Below the pieces are notes generated by a model that saw only the letters and a program-made list of their open reading frames with translations, was not told the origin of the DNA and ran no database searches. This document shows, piece by piece, positions 46,052 to 60,581 of a stretch of 64,000 bases of DNA. The translations under genes were made by a program, and so were the position numbers. Source of the stretch: Amoebidium appalachense (taxonomy: Eukaryota; Protista; Ichthyosporea); the NCBI GenBank assembly GCA_963693365.1, contig CAVNZM010000017.1:3391375-3455374 (forward strand). Direction: 5' to 3'. Within the stretch, counting starts at the first letter, position 1. Each line of letters starts with the position of its first letter.

Positions 46052-46353
46052 ATTGGCGTCCTAATTGTAGGCCAATCAAGACCCAGAGGGGGGTAAACGT
46101 TGAATGGCTGTTTACATTTGGATTGAGCGTAAGTGGTGCGGGTTACAATGCATAGGAGACTTTTTAAACAATATATAAAGGCCATTTACTATAAGAAGCA
46201 AAATAATCAACATATATTTTAGGGTTATCTTCACGCGAGTGTGTTCTGTGGCCATATTCCTTCAACGTAATCTAGCTAAATAAATTTGCAGCGCTTACGG
46301 ATAGAACATGTAGCCAATGGTAGGCCTGGCTTTTTGCACAGGCTTTGTATAAA
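46052..46353 (+). promoter_or_regulatory. Promoter of secreted gene A: ATTGG-N15-CCAAT, proximal CCAAT and TATA
   Basis: ATTGG 46052 and CCAAT 46072; CCAAT ~46315; TATAAA 46348-46353, ~110 bp upstream of the ATG. Confidence 0.55.
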
Positions 46354-46461
46354 GTATGCCTTTCGGCGTAACTAAGCTCACTCGCTCACTTCTCTTCGGA
46401 AGATCAAGCAGTGTGCCAGGATCACTAGTAGTGTAGAATTGTGTAGCGCCTATCAACTAAA

Positions 46462-47199
46462 ATGTCTAAGTTGGCCTTCGCCGTGTGCGCTGCTGCCGCC
46501 ATTAGCAGTGCTAGTGCATCGATTGAGCGTGGTCGTCTGGGCCTCAAGGGTGGCCAGTTTGATGTGCAGGGCTTTGACAACTCAGGCCGCGATATCTTTG
46601 GGTTTGACACCAAGGGCATTGACAAGTGGGGCCGCCCCATCACCGATGGCACGGCCGGCCTGGTAGCCCCCGTGGGCAAGGTCGACCCCCCCACGCCCCA
46701 GCCTATCAAGGAGCCCAAGGTCAACCCCGTCCCGCCATACACGCCCGTGCCCCCCCCTCCCCCCCACACCAGCACACGCACCAAGACCACGGTGGACGTG
46801 ACCCCCTCGTTCACTCCCATCCCCGTGACGTACACGTCGGATGGCATCACGACTACCAGCATGTACGTGCCCACCACGGCCATCTACACGGTGCCCACCA
46901 CGTATGTGCCCCCCGAGCCCACCCCGTCGCTCAACCCGCAGTGCCAGAGTGTACTGGTGTTCAGCCTCAACACCTGCCCCAATGCCAGCCTCAAGCCCAG
47001 CGGCCAGCCCGGCATCAACACGGTCGGCGACTTCATTGCCTGCCACGGGTTCCGGCAGGAGGTCAACGGGCACGAGTGGCAGTTCCTCAGCTACGGCTGC
47101 AACCAGCTCAACGGCCAGCAGCAGGGCGTGGTCACGGTGCTGGCCTGCGGTATGAGCTACACGTACAAGGAGGTCACCATCGACGTCTTCAAGCCGTAG
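46462..47199 (+). CDS. Intronless secreted protein, unknown family (paralogue A, 245 aa)
   Basis: Signal peptide MSKLAFAVCAAAAISSASA, GxDxx repeat, P/T-rich stalk and a 5-Cys C-terminal domain. Strong GC3 codon bias and clear homology to 54440-55141. Confidence 0.92.
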   Translation: MSKLAFAVCAAAAISSASASIERGRLGLKGGQFDVQGFDNSGRDIFGFDTKGIDKWGRPITDGTAGLVAPVGKVDPPTPQPIKEPKVNPVPPYTPVPPPPPHTSTRTKTTVDVTPSFTPIPVTYTSDGITTTSMYVPTTAIYTVPTTYVPPEPTPSLNPQCQSVLVFSLNTCPNASLKPSGQPGINTVGDFIACHGFRQEVNGHEWQFLSYGCNQLNGQQQGVVTVLACGMSYTYKEVTIDVFKP

Positions 47200-48987
47200 A
47201 TGGGTGTACATGCAGCTGCCGAACAAATCCGTGTGAATGTAGAAATACTGCCCGTACCTGCCTGAAGGTGTATATAGCGTGACCTTTGTATGTACTGAAA
47301 CAAACATGTGTGAACAGTATGATTTGATGTTGAATAGTCACCGATGATCGTTTTTCCAGCTCGTAGTGTATCCGATTTCAGACGTAGCCTGCACTGGTGC
47401 AGAATAAAACGCACGAAAAAAAAAAGCATGTTGCTTGGTCTAACACCACTCTAGCACATTACTACTTCCTATGGCAATCGTTAACAGCTTTCACTTACAC
47501 TGCCTGAGCGCCAAACTCACACACGTGCACACGACACATACCGTCACACACACACACGCACATGCACACAAACACAAAAACGTAAACGAAGCATACTGTG
47601 CATACACGTCCCAACGATGATGGGGCACACAGGGCGCTCCATCCTTGCACACATGCTACACACGCGCGCGCACACAAAACACACACACACACACACATGC
47701 ACACACGTTCACATATCCACACATACACACACATACGTACATATTCAAATTCGCGACCACACATCACAGAGTGTCGCACACCGCGTACGTCACACGCACC
47801 ACACACACCCACACGTCGCACGTGTGCACCACACATACACACACACACACAACGTACACGCATTTCAATGTACACACGCACTTGCTCACACACATGCTTT
47901 TGCGAGTTCACGCATTGTGGCTCTGGAATAATGCCACCCACCTAACCATGCAGATTCTACACGGCGCACACACAAGATTTCATGATTGCTCTCATCCCCC
48001 CAACCCCTCCAGCAGCAAACACACTGGCTAGATCCAGACGATACACATGGTATATCCCATAGCCCCCGATGCAAGCGACCCGAAAGGGTGCACTTGCCTT
48101 GCGCAAAAGTATGAGTTTCTTGGTTTGGGAGGGGGGGAAGGGGGGGAAGGGGGGGGGGGGGGGGAGTGGGGGGGGGGGATAGCTGTGTATCAAGAAGTAT
48201 ATGTGGGGGGAGGAAGGAGGGGATTGGGATTGCAGATGGGCTGATGCGATGAGGAAAGGAGGGAGCAGTGGAGAATAGAGGGGCATATTCAGTGTGCAGG
48301 CACACACATGGTTGGACTGGCTGGCTGCAGCAGGGCCTAGAGGACCATTTATGGTCCATCTACCCCCACCACCAATGGCCTCACAAGCAGCCATCCACCA
48401 CACATCCCTGCAGCCTCCCATCTACCTGCACTATGGTGACCCCTGCACCCGCCTACCCTATAGCCCACTCACCCACCCACCCTCTAGCCCACTCACTCAC
48501 CCACCCACCCACCCAACTTGCTGATGCAAAGTGAAGTGCCTGGCCAGTCTGACGGGGGCATGTGTGTGTGTAGCTGAACATGTGGTCAGGGGGGGAGGGG
48601 GGAGAAGGGGGGCTAGGGGAGCGGGAATGGAGGGAGGCGGAGAGGGGATCAGTACGACGGACTCAAAATAGTGCACCAGGGCTAGGGGGGGAGGGAGGTG
48701 GGACGGTTGTGGTTGTGTTGATGGCGGTGGGTTGGGGCTGCTCGTTACAGTGCCCAGGGAGTGTGGCTGCACGTGTGGCATTGGGGGGGGCCTGATTGGC
48801 TGCAGATCAGGTGAGGCTGTGGGGTCCATGATCATTGGTCAGTGGCTGCCATCGAGACACAACTGGGCTGTCACTTCTTGCAGAGACAGGGTGGTCCGTG
48901 TGTGTGTTGATGTTTGTGTGTGTGTGTGTGCTTGTGCGTGCACGGTGTGTGTGTGTGTGTGTGTGCGTGTGTGTGTGTGTGTGCACG

Positions 48988-49022
<35 letters not shown>

Positions 49023-49069
49023 CGTGCGTGCGTGTGCGTGCGTGCGTGCGTGCGTGTGTGTGTGTGCGC

Positions 49070-49137
<68 letters not shown>

Positions 49138-50793
49138 ACGTCTGCGTGTGGCCATGTATGTGTGACAATTTTTTTCAGGGGCAATTGTGACCGTGTGCAC
49201 GGTTTGGCCCCTTCCATTCGAACCCTGCCCCTCCTTCCCCCAGCCCCCCATGCGCCTCTCCCATCCTCCCTCCCCCCCCCCCCCCTTCCCCCCACGTTCC
49301 CCCCTCCCAACCCTCCCTCCTCCTCCTCCAAGGGGAAAATACTCAGCCTCCCAACTTCCATGTATTTAGAGGCCATGGAACGGCCGGCAAAAGCGTGTCT
49401 ATTTCCCGTCCCCAACTCCAACAACAACAAAAAAATACCACCCCCCCCCCCCCCCCCCCCCCCAGCCCATACCCCCCCCCCCCCCCCCCCCTCCCGGCCC
49501 ATACCCCCCCCCCTCCCAGCCCATCCCCCCCCCCCTTCCCCCCCTCTCTCCGTGAAACATAGCATTTACTTCGAACTGCCCCTCTGAAGACAAATCCCCC
49601 CCCCCCCCCCCCCCCCCCCCCCTTTCTCCCTTCTTGACACAAAGCATCCCCCCGTCCTATCACTTCACTGTTTATCTGCCAAACCTTATGGAATGCATGG
49701 AATTTCTTCTGGTATGCACCAGACTCAAGCAGACAACAGGGTGTTGAACACTAGAAGAATGCTGTGGGTATGGAACTATCTCAGACTTTAACTTACACTG
49801 CAGTCTGTCCGGTCCTTTATTTGCCGGGACAGTCAATAGTGTCCGGATATTTGCACGACCGTACCGTGTGCCTATGGTCAAGGATAAGAAAGACACCTCT
49901 CAACTGTCTGCTACAGCCAAATGTGCACACAAAAGCCCATTAAAACCCTCAGGGGGAGTAACCCCCGCATGCTACACTGACTGCTTTGGTACCTGAGCCC
50001 CCCATCGCCTTCTCTATTCACCTACTGCTCCATCCACCCCCTCCCTCCCCCTCCCCATCTCCCTCACGCTTTACCCACTAATACGTACCATCTACGAGAA
50101 AACACTTTTTGTTTTTTGAATTTTCGACCCATCGCAGCGATCGAAACCCCCTCGACCCTATACTTAAATGAAAGCTATTTTTTTGCTTTATCGAGCGGTA
50201 CCATTGGTTCGTTAGCAACGCGCGAACAGAAAAAGTTTATTATGATGTATGAGTTTTTCATTAAAGAACTATTGTCACCAGATGACTATTGAATTTGAGA
50301 CTAGGCATCGACCAATCATCAATTCAATTTGGTCTTAGATCAAACTATTAATTCAATAGTGTAAATTGCTAACCATGGAATTTTTTAGTTCGATCAATCG
50401 ATGCCGATCAGACTTTGACTTCGGAGTGTCTTCTCGTGGAAGGTGCATATAGACGATATTCCCATCTGCCTCCCTTGCTGGCTTGGCCTTATCCATCCGT
50501 TCGTCTTTAGACTTGTGAATCCTAGAAAGACCCTATCTCATTCCTCCCCCACCTATCCTCTCCTCCTCCCCCGTTATCCCCTCTGCCTTTCTTTCATCCT
50601 AGTCCACCACCACTACCATCTCCAACACACACACATGTAAACACATCCCCCCCCCCCCCCCCTCCTCCTTCTCCCCCCCCCCCCCTCCCCCTCCTCCAAC
50701 CCCCCTCCCCCCGACACCACCCATCCACCCAACCACCTTCCACTCTCCCCTTCAAACACACACACACACACACCATACACACACACGCGCGCG

Positions 50794-50848
<55 letters not shown>

Positions 50849-50853
50849 CCGTT

Positions 50854-50892
<39 letters not shown>

Positions 50893-51827
50893 ACACGCAC
50901 ACAACCCCAAGCACCCGAAGGCAGGGTTCCAAAATGTGAGCACATACCAGAATCGAGTGGTAGCTGATCCGACTTGCCGGGCCTACTCAACGCTCAACAA
51001 CGCTAGCAACATGCTTGGCGGCAATCTAAACGTATCATAGTTTGTGTTTTCTCATCCCCCCCCCCCTCCCCCTCCTCCCTTCCTGTGTGGTTCAGGGCTT
51101 TGCTGTAGGGAGCAGCTGGTGGCTTAGTCTGTGACTTTGGCTGTCAGTATGTGGGTGGGTAAGGTTGCTAGCAGTGAATCTAAAGAGAAACAGGGGCTAT
51201 GGAATGCATGCCACCTTCAGTGGCCTATGTCTCCTTATTCTTTCATTCAATACAGACACACATGGATATCCCATCTCTTCCCCTTCTTCCCTAGCCCCTG
51301 CTCTTGAGGTCCCCTCTCCTCCATCCCCCCATCCCTCCTTCCCGCCATCCCTCCATTCCACACACACACAGACATACATACAGCACGTGTACATGCGTAC
51401 GTCCGCTAAGGTCGGGAAAAGGCCATATCCCCACATCTGAAGTTATGGTCGTGCCACACAGTGGTTGGTTGATCTAGTTTAGATGGAGCACATGTAGTGT
51501 TGGGGCCAGGACCTTTGCTGCCAGGTGCATGGGCCTGCCTAGCACACCCTCTTTCAACCAACATGCTATTCCCTGCAACCCTGCCCTACTACCGACCCTT
51601 GCCAAGATGCCAACACCCCACAAATCCCCCCCCCCCCCCCCCCCCCCCCCCCCCACGCACACACACACACACACGTGCACGTGCAGGCATGTTGCCCCCC
51701 AGCCATGCAAGACCAAGCTTTGCAATAGCAATGGGTGTGGGCCCATGACCATCGCATGGGGCAGCAGGAGACAAACCCACTTCCAGGTGTGAGAGGGAGA
51801 GGTGACAGTGGCCGTGCCGACATCCCC

Positions 51828-51864
<37 letters not shown>

Positions 51865-52903
51865 CCTTCCTCCGTCCCCCCCTTCCTCCCCGTCACACAC
51901 ACAGACACATATACAACACCTTCCCAACCCTGCGCCCGAGACCCACATCTTTGCACCAGAATCACGATTTAGAATCTCGAACTCTTCGTGCCTGTCTCGG
52001 GCCGTCCCTTCACCATTACCTGTGTGTGTGTTTGGGCGCCTGTGGTGGTTGAGGTGGGGCGGAGGGGTTGGGAGGCGGGGTTGTTAAGTACCCAGCATCT
52101 GTTACGTCTCCTTCTCGTACTTGGATGGTTTTGTTCTCCTATAGGGCAAGTGTTAATGGCGAGGATTATGTTTCATTGCACGCGAATAACGGTAGGTATG
52201 GGCTGAAGTACAGGTTATATAATCAATGTGTTTGCGTGCTTGTGTGCACGTTGGTGTTACAGGAAGCGTGGTTGCTGTGTATGTGTCCCCCAGGTTAGGC
52301 AAAGACGGGCCGGCGGGCAAGGGGGGTGAAGGGGGGGGAGAGAGAGGGTGAGAAAGGAGGGGGGCGGGAAAGAGTGATGTGTTTGTCTGGGAGGGGAAAG
52401 GGGGGGGAGGTGGGGGAGGGGGGGCAGGCAAGATACCAAAACAGTGCATGGGCAGGCTTCGGCATGCCTGTGGTGCACATGAACAAGTCAGTGTTGGTGG
52501 GCCAGCAGGGCGGTGGGTGTGCACATGGTAGTGCTCACTCACTGCAAGGGGACAAGGCATGTGCCTTAGACAGAGCCAGCAGTCAGCATAGGGACAGGCA
52601 CAGTGCTGATAAGTGCTGCATCCAGGGGTGGTGCATGCCACAGCACCCTTATTGCTGGCCTGCCACAGATATCTCCCCTCCACGGTTGTGCTCATTCGCC
52701 TACGGTCCTACACGGGCACTTGTGGTAGCAGTGGGGGGGGTTCAGGGCAGAAGAATGCAGCACAGGCGCACACGGCAGGAGCACTATGTGTTGTTGCTTA
52801 CGTGCACCTACATCATCTCCCATCTTCCCCTTCCCCACCTGCCCTCCAGTGCGCACACACCCACACACACGCGCGCGCACACACCCACACGCACACACAC
52901 AAC

Positions 52904-52999
<96 letters not shown>

Positions 53000-54439
53000 C
53001 GCACACACACACACACACAGTGCGCGCGCACACACGCAACGCTCGGAACGTGAGCACACACACGCCCGCACACACACATGCATACACATGCACATGCACA
53101 CGCGCACACACACACATGCGCGCGCATGCGCACATGCACACTCACACACGCACACACACACGCACACGCGCACACGCAACGCGCGCGCACACACACACAC
53201 ACGCACGGTTGGCTTTCTTTCCAAATGTAATAGAAAAAAACCGTCTGAGCATGGGACCTATGCACGTTCCTTTGGGACCACTAACTCTCGTGCTCGTGCA
53301 TATTTGGGTGGGTCAGTGGGTGAACTGCGCGGTCTATGTGCGTGTGCGAGTGTGTGTGCGGCATGTGGCAAGGGGTGTGTGCACGTGCCTGTGTTCGGTA
53401 ATTTCTGTGTCCGTGCATGCTGCCAGCCACACATGTGTGTCACCATTGCCTGGGGTGGTTGGCCTTTGCAGCAATCGAGTACCACCAGCCTAATAGCGGA
53501 GGTGTCATCCCCAGGCGTTCATTTCTCAGTCAGGGTCGGAGTGGTGCAAATGCATAAGTTTATATGGGTGCCCTTAAATCACATGCGACACACATAGACC
53601 CATCTCTCCGAGTATCATGAACACACAAACAAACACACTGCAATTTTCTGACGGCCATACATAGCAATGATGTACGGATGTTTTTGTAACACAGTAGAAT
53701 ACACCCATGCACGCACACCCTTCCAGTAAACACAATGCACTTGCACGAGCACAATACAGGGGCAGCACATAGATGGTGAGGCACACACAGGCATATTTAC
53801 ACGACGGGGGCACGGCCCGAAGCACATACGTCAGAAAGGAAATAATGTGACGTTCCACACAATCACCTGAACCAAATGTAACCTACTGCAGATCAGTGAA
53901 ACACAAGTGCCCGAAGTCCTATACACCACAAGGCCATGTGGCACATTGTTAGTCCTAGTGTTGCTGCTACACGATCGTAGTAGATGCCCTGCACACAACA
54001 CTTATAGTACCCGTGTCCACATGCGCACACAAACAACACAGTCCGTGCACACAGTACTCGCCGTGCTGCAAGATGAGTAATGATGAAGAACGTGTTTTGG
54101 ATTGATTAACGGGAGGCCTAAAATGTGCATGTACACAAAACAGGCATGCTCTGAGGCCATTATGTGTTGGTCTGCTCCCTTCTGGGCCATATGTGCAATT
54201 CGTGCGGTTTCAAATGTTGGACCATGCGTGCAATTCGTTTCGTTTTTAATGTTGGGCCTGCACCAGTGCAGTGCATGGCTGACTTCAGCCAATCTCAACA
54301 GTTTGTCTGTTTTGTTTACATATGCTACACTATGCTTTACATCGCAGTAGTACCTACAAAAAGGCTATACACACACAAGCTAGCAACACACTCCTGCCCG
54401 GCTACACGACATGAGACACCTAACAGGGGCATGGGGCGC

Positions 54440-55141
54440 CTAGTAGGTGATGTCGAACTTCCTGTAGGGCGTTGGGTCGTTGCAGACGAGCACCGTGACG
54501 ATGCCGGTGTTGCCGGCGGCCTTGTTGCAGGCGTAGCTGAGGAACTGCCACTCGCCATGGATGTGGGCGCGGAAGCCGTCGCAGGCCAGGAAGTCGCCCA
54601 GCGTGTTGATGCCCGGCTTGCCGCTGGGCTTCATGCTGTCCGTCGGGCACTGGCCCGTGGGCAGCTGGTACACGTAGATGCTCTGGCACTGAGGCTTGAG
54701 AGACGGCGTGGGCTCGGGGGGCACGTACGTGGGGGGCACCGTGTAGATGGCCGTGGTGGGCACGAACATGCTGGTAGTGGTGATGGTGCCCGTCGTGAGC
54801 GTGATGGGGATGGGCGTGAAGGAGGGCTCGACGGACACCGTGTGCTTGGGCTTGGTGGGCTTCTTGGGGGGGGGAGGGGGAGGGTAGTGGTGCTTGCTCT
54901 CACCCGCACCAGCGGCGGCGGGCTCGTCGGCCTTGCCCACGGGGGCAACCAGGCCGGCCGTGGAGTCGGTGATGGGGCGACCCCACTTGTCGACGCCCTT
55001 GTTGTCAAAGCCAAAGATATCGCGGCCGGCAGAATCCATGCCGTTCATATCGAACTGCCCACCCTTGACACCCAGGCGGGCACGATCAGCGCTCACGGCG
55101 CAAACAACGGCGGCAGCGCAAGCAAGTGAGAGGACCTTCAT
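54440..55141 (-). CDS. Intronless secreted protein, unknown family (paralogue B, ~233 aa)
   Basis: MKVLSLACAAAVVCAVSA signal peptide. Shares RLGxKGGQFDxxGxDxxGRDIFGFDxKGxDKWGRPITDxTAGLVAPVGK, PTTAIYTVP.TYVPPEPTPSL.PQCQS, KPSG.PGINT.GDF.AC.GFR and EWQFLSY.CN with paralogue A. Confidence 0.92.
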   Translation of the reverse strand: MKVLSLACAAAVVCAVSADRARLGVKGGQFDMNGMDSAGRDIFGFDNKGVDKWGRPITDSTAGLVAPVGKADEPAAAGAGESKHHYPPPPPPKKPTKPKHTVSVEPSFTPIPITLTTGTITTTSMFVPTTAIYTVPPTYVPPEPTPSLKPQCQSIYVYQLPTGQCPTDSMKPSGKPGINTLGDFLACDGFRAHIHGEWQFLSYACNKAAGNTGIVTVLVCNDPTPYRKFDITY

Positions 55142-55238
55142 TTTCGTATGGTTGAGGGGGTTAAAGGAACACGTCCGGACAGCTAACAAGCTAAGGCTGA
55201 GTTGCTACGGTGTGTACCCTGATCTGGCATGGCATCGG

Positions 55239-55532
55239 TTTATATAGGTGCCTTCGCCGTGAGGCCGCGCGATGTGATTGGCCAACCCATTGAAAATAAA
55301 GAATCATCACAGGAGGAGTGCAAATTATTGCACGCCACTGCCTCCGAAGCAATGAAATGGGCTGTAGAAACTGGAGAAAGGCCATCATTTGATAGTATAC
55401 GCATATTTTTATATGGACATGAATACTATATAACAAATAGGCGGATATTTGTAGTAGTTATAATGCGTTCTTCCGTAGTACCCATCATCTCTATGTAAGC
55501 TTTAATGATTGGCTCATGGCCTGTAGGCCAAT
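55239..55532 (-). promoter_or_regulatory. Promoter of secreted gene B: TATA, CCAAT and ATTGG-N15-CCAAT
   Basis: TATATAAA at 55246-55239 (minus); CCAAT ~55280 (minus); ATTGG 55508 and CCAAT 55528. Confidence 0.55.
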
Positions 55533-56393
55533 GAGAAAAGGGGTTGCTCAGCTGCCTGCGGGCATTATACTGTTTATACAATAACTTGAGAGGCCATACA
55601 GGTTACTTTTCTTTGAAGTAAAGATCGTCAGCTAGAAAAAAGCATTTATAATAGGGTAAAAAAATCTGCTGAAATGCCAGCGGACCTCCTACATGTCGTT
55701 GATGCCATAAACTGTTTGTTTACAGTAGTAGATGAAATCCCTCCAGGACCTCCTTTATCAACTCAACTATGATTGGTTACTGATCCTTGCATGAAAGTGC
55801 CGCCCAGCCTCGCTGGACAGTAAGCGTCGCCACCCGTACACTATCATAGTCACAATGTCTTATCGCATAGTCTAGTAACATGGTAAAAAACACCATATCT
55901 ATGTAGTTACGACGTTTTATATGAATAAAATATCTATAATCATTATTTTTGGCAAGAATTTCTAACTTAGGGTCAGCTCGCCGCTGCAAACGAAGCTGTG
56001 GGACAAGGGACTTGCCCCCCTCCATGCCGAACTCTCATTGGCTTCCTAAGGATATTGGGCTGTGGCGGCCAATCGGCTGCTCGCTGTCATTGTTACGGAG
56101 GAGGGCGGATCTAAGCTGGTATGCACGTAACGCGTGTACGTACACACACCCGCACCGGTCCGTAAGGCACACATACACGCGCGATGTGGGCCCATGGGGG
56201 CATATGATATGTCTAACTGGCAACGCCTTGGTCGTGTGTCTTTGTTTCAAAGTGCGGCATAACACGGGGAAACCGGTTGTTGTTCGCGCGCCGTGACAGA
56301 CACCATCCTAGCACACTTGAATGGTCCATGTATGTGGCCATGCTTGGACATCCATCCCATGGGCGTGCACGGGAATCACTGTATTGGAGATAG

Positions 56394-56542
<149 letters not shown>

Positions 56543-56639
56543 GGGGGGGGGGGGGAGGAGAGGGGGAGGGGGGGGGGGGGGGGGGGGGACCATCCGGAAA
56601 AAGCCTTGGCCAAAGCGGGAGCCTTTGCCTTGGAGCCTT

Positions 56640-57070
<431 letters not shown>

Positions 57071-57333
57071 GACAAACGCTGGAATGGAAACGAAGAAGGC
57101 TGACTTAGTTAGAAAGTGACGAGCGAATGCCGGCGGGGGTTCCGAACCGGTTTGTGAACCTTCTCCCCGCCATCGACATGTTGGTGATTGCTACTACAGG
57201 AGTCATTCAGAATAATGATTTCACCTCTGAAGATAATTTAGTACTAGATTTTTTGAAAAAAATCAAGATTATAGGGGCTACTGTACTGAGCCTGGTTGGA
57301 AAATAGCATAACGGGAACGGGGGGAGGGGGGAA

Positions 57334-57367
<34 letters not shown>

Positions 57368-57605
57368 GGTGGCGATCCCTGTGCCCTTTAGAAAAAAGCT
57401 CAAGTGCACTTGGCAGATCATATTTCTTTTCTGATTAGCTTGAAGTTCTTCGGATGCTTTTGCTTCGTTACCAATCAATAGACCGAAAAGTGAATGTGTG
57501 CCTCCTGCCGGCGTGGCTGGGGTAGTAGCCCTGGGCAAAGTGTGTACTTATAGTTAGGTTGTAAAGGATGGTTTAGCGTAGCTGAACTCATAGATAGCAC
57601 CTCAA

Positions 57606-57704
57606 CTAGTGTACTCTCGGTGCTGTGTGGTAGACGGTAGTTTCCCTAGAGGGCCTGAAAAGGCCCTCCGGGAACAAAACGTGATAAAATAAATAAATAA
57701 AAAA
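57606..57704 (+). mobile_element. Stem-loop + A-rich tail repeat (LINE/SINE 3' end-like), copy 1
   Basis: Homologous to 58826-58918. GTTTCCC..GAGGGCCT-GAAA-AGGCCCTC..GGGAAC, followed by an (AAAT)n tail. Confidence 0.55.
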
Positions 57705-57783
57705 TGTATGTATGTGTGACACTGTGTGTGTGGAATACACGTGTGTGTGACACTGTGTGCGCGCTCGCTCTCGTGTGTGTGTG

Positions 57784-57876
<93 letters not shown>

Positions 57877-57935
57877 TTTTCGTGTATGTGTATGTTTCTG
57901 CGCTTGTGTGCATACGTGTATGCGTGTGTGTCACG

Positions 57936-58040
<105 letters not shown>

Positions 58041-58825
58041 GTGTGTGTGTGTGTGTGTGTGTGTGGGTGTGCGCGCGTGTGTGTGTGTCACGTGTGTGTG
58101 CGTGCGTGCGTGTCACAGGTTAAGAAAGAGTGTGGCCATGTTAATGCCCTAATCAATACTCTCCTGTGCACCTTAAGGTTCCTGTGCGAAGATGTTGCAT
58201 GTCTGCTGTGTGTGAATGTCGATTCTGTGTTTGTCACTGGGTGTGGTTTTGTGTGTGTTTTGTGTGAATGTGTGTGTGTCACAATGTGCTTGTGTATGTG
58301 TCCGTGTCACGGTGCATGGCCGGGTGTGTGTGTATTTGTGTGTTGTGTCCCCCCCCCCCCCCCCAAAAAAAAAAAAAAATAAAAATAAAAAAAGAGCAGC
58401 TCCCGCTACGTAGCACAGAAAAAGGACTCACATGTGCACCCGGGCCGGAGGGGGGGAAGGGGGGGGGGGGGGGGGGGGGGGGGGAGGGGGGGGGGGGGGG
58501 AGGGGGGGGGGGGGGGGGGGGGGGGGGGAGGGTAAATAAGTTAATGACCCCTACGACCGAAAAACCTTAAGATTCCAAACCCTAAATCGAGTTAACCTGT
58601 TATCTTAACAGTGAGTGACCCCTGTACATAGACACGGCCCCTGGACTAGGCCTCAGGAACCGATATAACAACAATTCAAGTTTCTTGAATATCACTATGT
58701 TCATGTCCAACCCTCTCCAGCACTCACATTGCACAAACGTTTTTCAAAGATGATATCAACGTTTTTCAGTACTGTTGGTTGTTCCATTAGACGGAACTTT
58801 CTGAGATGTTTTATGGACACCCTAG

Positions 58826-58918
58826 CTAGAGTACTGTCGGTGCTGGGTGGAAGACGGTAGTTCCCCCTGAGGGCCCCTAGGGGTACCTCCGGGAACAAAA
58901 CGAGATAAAATAAAAAAA
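58826..58918 (+). mobile_element. Stem-loop + A-rich tail repeat, copy 2
   Basis: GTTCCCC..GAGGGCCCCTAGGGGTACCTC..GGGAAC, then AAAATAAAAAAA. Confidence 0.55.
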
Positions 58919-60550
58919 TGAGATGTTTTAGGGTGACGGACACTTGGTTTTGCAGCCTGAGGGAGGAGGGAGGGGGGAGTGGAATATGAGCTCAATTTCG
59001 GTTAAGCCAGATTCCCGAATTTGAGAAATTTGGGGTGACAGCATGAATGTTCTTCAGCAAACTTGGCTTTAGAAGGTGCACGGACCCGCATGATCAGGCA
59101 TCTCGTATCTTGCAGTGAACCATATCTAGGTTGCAGGCATGAATGATTTCTTGTGATGCCGTGTTCAACATCCATCACGTAAATTCAGTGACCTATCCGT
59201 GGTGTGCCCAAATCATTAAGGGTTCAGGGCTTAGTCCAAAATGCAATCTAATAAATAGTATTGCTGATTGTGTTTGCCATGCAAGCATCCTATGTAGTAG
59301 CCACCCCATGTAGCCTCTTCAGATTCACACAGCATCTCTGCACCTCATGGCCTGCATCGATATCCCCCCCAAGGGTCACCCCAAATCTCTCCTGAAAAGG
59401 GATGTCTCCTTTCCACGCTGAAGTTTACCCACCCACGACCACATCATGTGCCACCTCACAGGACCTATTGCATGCATGCACACAGTAGTTGCAGAGCCGC
59501 GACACACAGCATGCAATCGATTGCCGTGACATGGGTTGGATAAGCTGCACGGGCACACGATGGGTGGGGAGGCATCAGAGGACTCTCATGGGACCTCATG
59601 CCATCGGCCATGCACTAGCAGTGGGCTGGGGCACGACTGCAGCTGTGGTACACTGATCTGATTGGTGCCCTGCGCACACTCCCCCTAATGGTTGAATGCA
59701 GGCAGGCATCATGGACGGCTTGCTCTCGTGCACACAACATCTTCGATCAGGTGTGACCTCAGGGCAGCACTGAACCGCCACATGCATGGATTGGCAGGGC
59801 CACACGGGCCAGCCAGCAAGTCCAAACGGTGCCTCTTGCCCTGCAGCCATCGCCGTGGCCACTTGCACAAGCTGTCGCGGGTGGGTTGGGCCACGCGTGG
59901 CATGGTCCATGTGGAAGCTCATGGGCAGCCTGAAAATTTCTCATGGGGAGAAATTGCCCGGGAGGGGGAAGGGGAAGGGGGGGGGGGGGGGGGGGGGGGG
60001 GGGGGTGGGGAGGGTGGGAGGATCTAGGAGGGGGGGGGGGGGGGGGGTGGCGGGGGATGCAGTCTTGTCCTGATTGGTCAACACAGGAGAAGGTTGGAAG
60101 TTTGGACGACTGATCAAAGATACTGAGGGTCCCGTGCTAATGCGCAGAGGACAACCTTGGCTGCAGGATACTGTAGGGCCGGTTGAGGTGTGCAAGGTAG
60201 GCTGATGGTGCTGCAACATCCTGGGCTATGCCGTGCAGTCTGCAGAGAATAAGGTGTCTGTAGCAACACAGTAGCAGTATGCCTGCATGAAATTGCACCA
60301 TACATCTCGGAGGGAGGGCCCACGGTGTGTGTGTGTGGGGGGTGGGGGGAGGGGGAGGGGGGGGGGGAGGGGAGGTTATGCAAAGCACGGGTTGAACTGA
60401 GAGAGACAAGGGGTTTACAAAGCACGGCACATTGAACCTCTGGTGGCATGTGTGGTGCAATGGCCATGCACGGTTGGGGTCTGCTGTCAGCCCCAAGTTG
60501 GGCACGGACACGGTGGCTGCGTGCTGCCACCAGCCCGCCAGTCCTGTGTC

Positions 60551-60581
<31 letters not shown>

